DNA of 64,000 nucleotides from NCBI GenBank assembly GCA_051362555.1, contig CM120641.1, positions 33,734,401 through 33,798,400 of the forward strand, given 5' to 3'. This document shows positions 27,301 to 37,900 of this stretch, one piece after another (the first letter of the stretch is position 1; every line of letters starts with the position of its first letter). The stretch is from Lingula anatina. Its lineage: Eukaryota > Animalia > Brachiopoda. The notes below the pieces were generated by a model. It was not told the DNA's origin. It saw nothing but the letters and a program-made list of their open reading frames with translations, and did no database searches. The position numbers were made by a program, and so were the translations under genes.

Positions 27301-29060
27301 AAAAAAAATTTCAGAACAGTGCTGTCTTGTTTACATTTTGGCATTTTCAAGTTGTGACTTTGAAGTTCCATGGGCCTGAAGACCTTTGCTAGTAACATTT
27401 TCTGAATATCCATAATACTCATCATTATGCTGTTAAACATTATGTAATATTGCATCAAAATTTGATAAAAAAAAAATATTTTGGGCACTGCCCCCATGAT
27501 GACCATTTAAGAAAAACCATGTCACTTACTGTTCTCAATCTTACAGGAAAGAAACATGGGACTAAAATACAGCTTCAGTAGGCAATGCAGTCTGTTTGGT
27601 AATTCTTACTGCCAGTTAAACAGTTTTTTTGTGAAAATTTAATTTTTCACATATTGGCATTTTCAAGGTGTAACTTTGAAGTTCCACGGGCTTGAAGACC
27701 CATGCTAGTCACATTTTCTGAAAATCCATGTATATTTTATTATTAAAAATTGACGGTCATTATGCTGTTAACCATTATGTAATATTGCATCAGAATAGAA
27801 GAAAACACAATTTTGGGTGCTGCTTGAGCATAATTAAAATTTGATGTTGAATTTGCAGTTTAACATAATGTACTTTTGCATCAGAATTGACAGTAGCCTA
27901 TTTTGTGCATAGTTATTTCCTGTTTTTTGTCTGTACATTTGACAGCTTTGCTGCCTTGTCTTAAATGGTCATCATGGGAGCAGTGCCCAAAATAGGTTTT
28001 TTTCAAATTTTGATGCAATATTACATAATGTTTATCAGCATAATGACCATCAATTTTTAATAATAAAATATTAGTATCATGGATATTCAGAAAATGTGAC
28101 TAGCAAAGGTCTTCAGGCCCATGGAACCTCTAAGTCACAACTTGAAAATGCCAAAATGTAAACAAGACAGCACTGTTCTGAAATGTTTTTTTTTCCATTT
28201 TTAACAATTTTTAACATAAAACAAAATTAACAGTTTACTGCCATTTTTATATGATCAACTAAGAAAATTGATGAGATGGGAAAAATATCAATAAAGCAGT
28301 GTTAAATGTCCAATTTCTTCCATTCTGAGATTCTGAACATAGTGAATGATTGAATCTGACAAACTGCAATGATATGAGTTTATTTCCATTTTTGACACTT
28401 TATTACACAATACACGATAACAAGTTTACCATCATTTTTACAAAATCAACTAACAATGTTGTAAAGATGCAGGAAATGTCAAACAAAAACTTTTACGTAT
28501 CTTATTAGTTTAATAATGAGACTGTTAACATGCCTAAGAATTGAATCTGAGGAAATGTGAAAAATATGCTGAAAAGTGAAAAAACAGCATAACTTCTACA
28601 ATAATGGCCCGATCATGCTGATTTTCGAACTTGACCTGCGTTTTATGAATATTCATCAGCTCTGTAAATATAAAGCCAAAAAGTAAAACTGCCTTCCACT
28701 TATCGTGTTTACAAGGAAAGTGCACGGCATCGCCATCGGCATCGGCATCGGCGACGACAGACGCAGGTGATGGCAATATGTACAGACACATCTGTGTCTG
28801 TACATAAAAAGGAATAATTTGGCCCGTAGAGCAGCAATGAATCGACTATCTACGGAGATAATATCACCAGAGATATTCACGGAAATATTAATGTTCGGAG
28901 CCGAGATTTAATTACTGTACCCTGTAGGGACGACGTGTGGGGAGGCGTGTGAGAGGCGGAGAGACTATTAAAAGATTAGGCGTTTTTTCTTTCATGTACG
29001 TCCGCCATTTTTAGGTCACCGGCTTTGTAAAGCCTGGCTTAATTCGTTGAGAATGCGCTC
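21400..29060. mobile_element. PIF/Harbinger-type MITE (TAA TSD, ~140-150-bp TIRs) interrupted by a 7.1-kb HINE nest
   Basis: TAA|GAGCGGATTCTCAACGAATTAAGCCAGGCTTTACAAAGCCGGTGACC... at 21400 and ...GGTCACCGGCTTTGTAAAGCCTGGCTTAATTCGTTGAGAATGCGCTC|TAA at 29060. A 3-bp TAA duplication is characteristic of PIF/Harbinger. Confidence 0.8.
21691..28810 (-). mobile_element. Outer HINE copy containing nested copies 21733-23933 (-) and 25315-27959 (+)
   Basis: 3' ends at 21691 and 21733, 5' ends at ~23933 and ~28810. The plus copy 25315-27959 splits GTAAGTGACATGGTTTTT|CTTAAATGGTCATCATGGG, which is intact at ~24122-24158. Confidence 0.85.
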
Positions 29061-30206
29061 TAATACAACTAAGATATGTTAAATTTTTAGTATATTTGCT
29101 GGAGGGAATGAGTATTATGTAATGTTACTTTATATTTTTTTATTAATCAAAATTTTTTTGTGTGCATATAACAGTAATGAGAAGTTTCATATAAACAGAA
29201 TATGATATGATTAAATTATGATTGGGTATTTTTAATTAAGCATGATTTTAAATAAAATGGTTTAACTGTTATGATATAGAATTTTATGGAAATAGATTAT
29301 TAAATTTTAATTGTGAAAGTTTTGAGGCACAAAACTTATTTGAGCAGGAGATTAATTATGATAAGGTTTATTTAGGTGTAAAGCTGAGGGACTGTGGAAG
29401 TATTCTTTTCAGACATACTTGAATGAAGTCAAAAGTTGAAGATGTGCTGGCATGCATAAGGTGTGTGTGAAAGTTATCTTCCAGAGTTTCTCAGTGGAAA
29501 GTAAAAGAAATAAACATGAAACAATGTTATTTTGACTAGTAATCTGTAATAAAAATCTAAGTGAAATTCAATAAAGCTACTATTCTGATTTTGGAACTAA
29601 ACAGCATTTCTGTTGTTTCTGGCTCATCGCCATCGCCCGCTGATACCCCGACGAAATGTTTAAAATTTCAGATAAGTACTGCATGGAAGTTTTTGTAATT
29701 TATGCCGTGTAATGTTTATGAAATTTGCAATATTATGGCAAAAAATCATAAAAATTGAACCATGCGAAGCATAGTTTATTTGATGCGCAATATTTATAGT
29801 ACATGATCTGCACAGAAGCCATGCGCTTGTGCGGTCGCCATTTGTTTTGTTTCCATGTCATTATATTTACATAGAGCCCTGATTGTCTTAATTGGCCACA
29901 AGCAATTTGAGCCAAAGGCCCATTCACAGGCTGCTCTGCTGCAGTTGAGTGATCACTGCTGGTCATTGGTCACAGGTTTTTAGCTGAAAACTGTGGACAC
30001 TTTTGGTGAAATTTAGCATTTAAAAAACTTCAATATCTTTGTTGCTTGTTGGAATATTTTAAAAATTCCAAAAGAATTCATCTGTTTTTTGCATTACCTT
30101 TCAGAAGATATAAGTATTATAATTTTCTGATCAGTTTGAAATTTTTTCTGATATACCTTACTGAGAGAAGATCTCCAGTTGAGAAGTGAGGAGTAGGTGT
30201 TTTTAA

Positions 30207-32259
30207 GGAGCGGATGTACCCAAATATAGCTAAAAATAGCCATTTTTGGTTTTTTATGTCTAATTATTGGTTAAACGTGTATTTAACGTTTAACAGAATA
30301 AAATTTTTACATTTTGAACAAAAAATTTGTTTTTTCTGATTATTCTGATGCTGCACACATCGACAGCGGTGGCCTGGTATATGCCCCGCCTTCGTTGTCA
30401 AGGGCCGTTGGCATGGGTAAACTCGGTGGGCGGACCTTAGCAGCATCAGCACGTCTAGGGAAACAATAGAACAGGGATGCGCCATGCCCCCTTTGTCATA
30501 AACAGCGATCGGCAAAGCAATGCCTATTGTTCCGCTTAAGCTGTTTTGATAGTCTCTCTTGATTGTGATCAGCGCTAAGATGAATCTTTTCCGACACATT
30601 GGATTTGCTCGAAATACTCGTTCTCCCTTGAATATTGCTTGTTGTTACATGCGTTCTTTCAATTTTCTTGTTAACTTTTTGAGATACGCAAAAGAAAAGA
30701 AGAAAATTCCGTTGCTTGCTACCCGTGACAACAATCGTCATTCTTTCTATCCATTTTCGCCAACAGGTCGATGCAGTTTAGTGTTAGATTTTAAAAATAT
30801 ACATGGGGGTAACTAGGCATACGCACGGATGCACTGTGCGTACATTTTTTTGGCCAACCATGATATTATTTTATATAAATTGTGTATTTGTCACGGAATA
30901 TGAAGAAATTATCTGCTTATTAGAGTCACCTGTATGGAATATACTGGAATAACACACAAGATTGTTTTGCGTAAATACAAGACTTGAGCCCGCACCCTAG
31001 CATAATTATTCACTGGGTGGCGCATAGGTTCAATACATGTGCATTAAAGAAAGTAAAGCAAATAAATCTAATGATATCGCTAGACTCCGCGCGAACTATA
31101 TCAGGCTGAGGTCATGAAAGAGCTTAATATAAACATTTTGATTTTTCCGAATTATGAGCTGGAGAATTAGCCTTAGCATCAATTCTAGGTACAGTTCTGG
31201 ATTCATGTACGCACTTTAAAGGCCCACAATTTTTTTTTTTTTCTTCAACAATTATCGCAGAATTTTTCCTGACTCACCCAACTTTAGACATTTCCTCTAA
31301 CAAAGCCTTTCTGGTTGCGTCTATTTCTTGTTGTTGGTGGTCCGATCGGCGTCCTGTAACACGACCGTGTTTTCGAACCATTTTTCGCTTGGCAAATGTG
31401 GACAAGACCGCATGCGATGCTGCTATTGTGTGCACATCCTAGAGCGCATCCCTAACACTTGCCCCGACGGCAATTGACGTGGCCACTGATTGCTTGGGTC
31501 ATTAGGGCTTACTTGATTGCCTGTCAATCATTCTGGCAGTGCTAGCGGTAACCCCTTGAAGTTACTAACAGGAGGTGAGATTGATACAAAAATAAGATTT
31601 TCTGACATCCAAATACATGCAAACAAGCTAATTCCAACCGGCAAAAGAGTACTTATCTTCGCGATCGTCAGAACGATAACAGGTAAAGCTGTCAACAATT
31701 TTATTTGCTTATATGGACAATTAACTTCACTGAAAGGGTTTTTGCTCGTTTTCTTTGCTTTCAATATTGACGAGATAGCGTTATCGTAGCAAGCTATAAC
31801 TGTCTACCTGTACACCTGAGGGAGACCAAATTCACCATGTTAATTATGAACAGTATGCTCTAAAAGTGCTTTTTAAGAAATTTTGATTGATCCTCTCTTT
31901 TCTAATTTATAGACTTTGAAAATGAAAATTCCCTAATATTTTGATGTAATTTCACGTTTTTATAGATAAAATCAACAATAAGTGTCTGAAGAAAAATCCC
32001 TGACTCCATACTGTAGTACTTTGTTCAAGTGTCATAATGACATCAAAAGCAAGTTTATAGCTGTCCAGGTGCCTGAGAAAATCAGGTGTATAAAAATGGT
32101 GTTTTTGTCCCCAAAATCCCAATATTACGTCACACGATGAAGTTAAAGCTGTGTTCCAAGCATAATTAGATATTTTGAAGATCCGTTAAATGAATGTGAC
32201 AGGAATAAAAAAGCCAAGACCTTTATTTTAAGAGAAAATCTCAAACCTACATTCCCTCC
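30207..32259. mobile_element. Putative Kolobok-type non-autonomous DNA transposon
   Basis: TTAA|GGAGCGGATGTA ... TACATTCCCTCC|TTAA: a 12-bp imperfect TIR (10/12) with TTAA TSD and RR...YY termini. No recognisable transposase inside. Confidence 0.55.
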
Positions 32260-34449
32260 TTAAGTGATTGTAGTTGTAAGTGCCAGATTCCTTGCTTTAG
32301 ATTTACAAGGTGTAAGTGCTAGATTCCTTGTTTTAGATATACAAGGTGTGAGTAGTTTTCATGACTTGCGTGAGTAGCGCGCCTGTTTTGAATGTAACTG
32401 AGTCATAACACTACAGGATTTTGCACAAGTAGGGTCTCTCCTGCATTTTACTGTTATTTCCAACGTTGTATGGTGTATTGTTAGTTGTACAGAAAAATCA
32501 CTGTTAGTTGTTCTTTTTGGGTAAAAACATCGATAGTGCATGGAAATTAGGTCATCTGATTCACTCAGTAAAAACAATTTCAGAATTACTGTATAGGACT
32601 GGATCTTATGCGTAATTAGTGGTGATTGTAATGGTTATTTAACTTATGGGGACTTTCGTTTGTATTCGGCTAATACGCGGTAGTGCCTTCCGCATATCAC
32701 CGATAGTTAGCCAGTTCGGTCACTTCCAACGGTAGAAACTTGATCCATGGTGTACGAACATGTTTTACCGATTTTAAATATCCAGTCAGCATTAACGCGA
32801 TACCAGTTACTAGTACCAGTTACAGTTTTCACATCATTAATATTTTTTATTATTTTAGATTATGGTATCGTCGAGTCCTGATCAGGAAGGCATTCGTTTC
32901 CATGCAGAGGAGGCTGATACAGTGCAATGGCTAGCATGTTTCATGCACTAGCACTCCCATTCGGAATACAATATCTAATATGTACTGTTTGTGTAGCAGG
33001 AAAATATTTGCAAATTATTTTCAAGAAAAGGAGAAATTGATCAACAGCAAATATTGCTATTGTTGAACAGTGGAAATGAGTTTTTTCATTTAATTTCTAA
33101 GCAAATTCATTTGAAATTAAAATGACTCAACATTAAATTTTTGAGAAATTGATCACGATAAAAGTCATAATCTCAATCTATGACATAGATGTGAAACATA
33201 AAATGAATTCCTTGCTTTTTTACCTTATTTCATTAAAACATACCATAATGCATATATTTATGGCACTTGGAAATAGTGGTGAGAGCTGGAAGGCATTGTA
33301 TGTTAAATACCAGGCTGGCAGCAGTGAGACACTTGCCAAAATGGCAAGTCTTGAAAAATTAAGCCGTACACGCTGTACCATTGAATTAAAGGACAAAGTG
33401 TAAAACTCAAGGACTTTCAAAGGAAAAAACAATTTCAAACTCTTCTTAAAGCCTGTTTGAACCCTGCAACTTGTGAAATGAGAACGACAATAAAGCAGTG
33501 CTTCCCAACTTCTAAGTGTCAGTTTTTGTTTTAAAATTTACAACATGTCCAAATTATTGATAGTATTACTGAATATGTATTTACAAGAGTTACCTCTGTG
33601 TACTACTATGCAAACGAAATGTATCCATATTTGATGGAAATTTTCGGTCCGGCAAATTTTTCATTACTGCCGGTCCTAATGTCCGGCAGTTCTGAAAAGT
33701 TTTCAGCATGTCTGTACAATACAAGAACGTATTGGTATAATTGTCAACTAGAAAGCATTGCTGTAGCTCATTTACTGTACAGACATAAGAGATGCGAATG
33801 GCAAAACGTTAACTGAACTGAACGTTGAAATAAAGGCTAAAGCACGATCGAGTTAATATATTCTCCACTGTCTCAACGATTTCACAGTAGTTGAGGGAAG
33901 GGAGGAGGCGGCAGATTTTTTTGGAAAAGATTTCTTACCTTTCTCTTTCTTCTGACTCTTTTTTATTTTATAATCTCTTTCTCTGCGTTGACTTCACGTG
34001 TTGACACCGAAAATTTAATGTTTTCATGAAGCTACTAGTAATTAGGTCACTCAAGGCGAACTAGAAAAAAATCTTGTACTGTAGTTAAAAATGAAGAAAA
34101 TAATAATTAATGACGCAATATATATTTGTCTTGTTTTAATACTCCATGAATAATATTTCTTTGTTCCACAATATATTTTATACACAATCGGCTTTTTACT
34201 GTATTCCGCATTTTAATTATGTTCCGTTGTTCAGGTGTTCCATCTTTTAGTTTCTGCCGGGTTTTGTTTAGTTTTTTTTTTCTCCTTTAAAACAGTGCAA
34301 GACGGTACAGCGTTAAAATAGTCTGAGATACATATAAAATGTCGTAACCACTGGTACTGTTTTATCTGTTTATGTTTTTATGATATTTAAATGGCTTTGA
34401 TCTGATAAAGTCTCACTAACCACTGGCAATGTTTACAGAATCAATAATT

Positions 34450-34707
34450 GTCCTTTAAAATGTAGAAATGGTTAGAAATGGATAGAAATGGAGCGAAATG
34501 GACCAATATAGATCTCCTGTTAAGCATAGTAAACCCCCTTGAGATCGTATTTGGGTTCTAGATCATAAAAATAATCTTACATTTGCACCAGAAAGGTGAT
34601 TTGCTGAACTTTCTAGAGATACATCGTCGGAGGCTGTAATTAGGTCAAGGTCGCCAGTTTCGGGGTGGACTCCAAATCGAGGCTGGTGTTTGGAGCCCAT
34701 TTGCTCC
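34450..34707. repeat. Left copy of a ~258-bp near-perfect inverted repeat (partner 46909-47167)
   Basis: Reverse complement of 46909-47167 with only a few mismatches; (TAGAAATGGA)-type 10-mer tandem at the outer end. Confidence 0.9.
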
Positions 34708-34928
34708 ACAGCAACAGAATTAGAATGTGAAGACCTCATACATTTAACATATTATGGATTGTGTAATTGGTCCGATTTATCCAGACAAGAGCAGTTTTCT
34801 TGTTTATGTAATTGACATGTTGAGTAATTTCATGAGAAGAACATTTTCATTAAAATTAATTTGCAGAATTACTTATAAATTAATTAGGTTAATTGATATG
34901 TACAGCAAGACAAATTTGTTAATTAAAG

Positions 34929-37900
34929 CAAGGAGTTATAACAGAAGGAGATTACACGCGTTGGGGCGGAGCCCGTATTACGGTCTCTCATTGGTCGGAA
35001 TGAATAGAACCCAGAGAACAATAGATGCCTATCTCTGTTACGCTTAATTGCTACTCTCGTTTAAATCTCGTTTGTTAGTATCTGTGCCTTCGTCTGTTGA
35101 TTTTTGAGGACAGACACAGAAACGGATTCCCAAGTTTCTAAAAAATGAGAGAAATACAGAATTTATATGATATTACGTTGGACAAGGTTTTCAAAAAACA
35201 GGTAAGTGCTTTTAAATGCATAACTACACGAAATATGAAGATAAATTGCAACTTTTATGTCGTAGGGTCTCACTGTGTAAGTGTCCAGCTACACGTTGAT
35301 CTCGCGAGGTGGTGTGTGGAGAATAAATATTGCATGAAAAATATTTCCCACTCATAACAAGTGCCTATAAATATAGTATCAGATGAAGAAAGTTTGGTCT
35401 TTATACAGTTGCAATTGTTAAGTAATTTGTGACAATAGCAAAGAATAAAACTTAGGTGCACTTTCAGTAGTCGAATAACAAGCAGATGCTTAAGCCGCCA
35501 TCTTGTTAATATTTCGAAAAAAAATTACTCCAAAAGACATTTTCCTCCTACTTTTTGAAACTTGTGTCACATGACAGTCATAAAATTTAACTAATTGTTA
35601 TGTGTGCAACACACTTGCTTGAGCAGTATTGTTTTTTTTGCGATTTTACATGTGGTCTAGCTTGGATACGACAATTGACAATTTTCACGAGTTCCGATCA
35701 AAAAGTGTTACGCTTGTTACGGCCAAAAGCCTTACCGCTTTTTGTACTTTTCAAATGCAAGATTATAAAAAAATTTTGTGTGTTTAGATTCTTGAACATC
35801 TTGGTCGTGGCGTGGTATATATTGCATGGGTATTGCTCCAATATTTCTTGAAAAAAATAACCCGATTTGTTCAGAATACCAATTTTTTACTCTAGTGTTA
35901 TGGGTAAATGTACCATTTTGGCCTTTACCTTTTTCGTGTTTAAAACTAAAAAGACTTATCATGACAGTTGGTCATCATTTTTCTTCTCACCATGATGGGT
36001 GGCTTTGGAGTGGTAACTTTGTTGTTAAAGTAAGGTGCTCAGTTATTTTGACTGGAAAAGTTTTGCCTCCACCCAGCATTTTCCATCATGGCGGTCCAGT
36101 ATCTTTGGTATTAACCGATTACAGTGACGTCATATTTGCTCCGTAACACTAGTCCCGCGGCCATGCTGGAGGGAATGAACGACGGGGAATAGTAGCGTAA
36201 ATATAGGTAAACCAAATAAAATAAAGTAAACTTCATATCACGATCAAGGACACCAAAGGGAAAAGGATATATACAAGCTGAGGCTTCAGCTGATCAGCGG
36301 GATCGACCGATATGAACTCAAGACAGTCTAAAAACGTGAAATCCTACTAAATGCTACTTACCCAACATCGTGTTGTCAGAAGATAGTTCAGTTATCTTGT
36401 ACTTCATTTTTCTTGTTCATTGGGTAATAACAGTTATAGTTTGAGAGAGTTTAATGTGTAATCATAAGTTTAACCATAAATAGAAGCAACTGTTTTCATA
36501 AAGGATAGATATAAAAAATTTGAGCTGATCATTAGGATAAACCCTTGTGGATTCAAGGAAGAATGTATGATTGTCTTATGACATGAAATATTGCTGTTAG
36601 TTATGACTTATCTTTACATCGTGAAGCTGTCAGAAATTATTTCAGCATTCTTGTACTTCATATTGGTTCATTAGAAAGTACATGTAACAAGACTGTTGTT
36701 CATTCATATAAGCAGCATTGTTAGCATTTTATTATTAGTTCAGTCATTCACAGAAGCATTTGTTAGGCACTACAAATATCCTCAAACCTCAGTTTAAGTG
36801 GGACTTAGAGAATGGGAATTTGCCATGGGACTGTACACTTGATATCAATGGAGCAATAAAAACTATGTCAATGATGAAAAAGACGTGTCCTTTGTATCAA
36901 AATAAAGCTGGTGAGTTGTGTTGTAAATAAGTTTTCAAAATACATCTACTGCCATAAAAAGTATTGTATCAAACTGATTTTATAAAATTTTATATACCAT
37001 TTGCATTGAGAATATTTTGCTAGGTATTCAGTGAACAAAATTCATGTATTTTAAATTTACTTTAAAACTACAATATCAGGTATTTGTTGTTCTCTTTTTT
37101 TAATGTAAAGCCTAACTAAATTGGGGATTTTCAGATGCTATTGTTTATACAGTACAGAAGTAAAGTATGCAGAACATTTGCTCTATACCATCATCAACTT
37201 TTTAAATTATTTCAGCATTCTTGTACTTCATTTTGGTTCATTAGAAAGTACATGTACATGTAACGAGACTGTTGTTTGAGAGACTTTTATATTCACCATG
37301 AATGCAACCATTCATATAAGCAACATTGTTAGGATTTTATTATTATTCAGTCATTCACAGAAGCAAGGCATTTTTCACAATCATGTATTTATGATGTCCA
37401 ATGTAAATTAATAATTCAGTTCATGAATTGATTTCTGCAACCATTTGCTTTAACATATAGGAAAAGTGCACATTTTGTATGAATAAAAGTGAACATGAAA
37501 TGCTGAGTTCTGAGTGTCGCTTCAATTAAATAACTCCTGTCATGCACTGGATTTCACTCTCCTGATGTTCAGATCCTGTCTCCTCAGCTGGTCACAGAGA
37601 TCTAGGAATATTTTTTGCTGTTTCTACCTTGTGTGTCATCTAGCTGCCTTTTGTACCTGTCATCAAAAGCTTCGGTTTTTTTTTTTTTTATTAATAATTT
37701 ACTTGCACCCAATCAGTGTGGCTTGGTGGGAAATGCCTGATCAATTTCCTACATGAAAATCTTAATTAATAGAAAGATAACAATAGTGATTTTTATTCAT
37801 ATTATAACTTACAACATGACAGTTGAAAGGAGCAGAATTTAACATTTTTACAGAGGAAAGTGCAAAATTATTTCATGAGGTTATTAAAGTTATATGTCAA

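Larger units (their letters stand above)
1..28810. repeat. Nested cluster of one non-autonomous Helentron-associated (HINE/DINE-1-like) element family, with at least 8 copies showing recognisable termini plus older host copies
   Basis: Recurring 5' end: T-run + ATGTACAGACAC-AGAT-GTGTCTGTACAT (perfect 12-bp hairpin), then a (GCCGAT/GCCGTC)n microsatellite. Recurring 3' end: TGTCTGTACAT (subTIR) + TT + GACAGC-TTT-GCTGCC hairpin + TTGTT. Internal ~160-bp tandem subrepeats (GATCATGCTGATTTTCGAACTTGACCTGCG, e.g. 19961/20123/20284). Insertions fall in T-runs with no TSD. No Rep/helicase ORF is present. Confidence 0.85.

Noticed and set aside
5165-28880. Family of 85-220 aa ORFs containing MCLYILPSPASVVA... 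and repeated QVKFENQHDRA
   Set aside because: These are translations of the HINE head, microsatellite and ~160-bp subrepeats. Copies differ by frameshifting indels, have no splice structure and contain no Rep/helicase motifs.
29600-30160. Possible one-ended DNA transposon ending ...CTGATATACCTTA
   Set aside because: No matching opposite terminus or TSD found.
32350-33715. hAT-like right end (...TTTTCAGCATGTCTG) and short ORFs 33149-33438
   Set aside because: No partner TIR and no recognisable protein motif. YQAGSSETLA was considered as the next Ddc exon, but it is on the wrong strand and a poor match.
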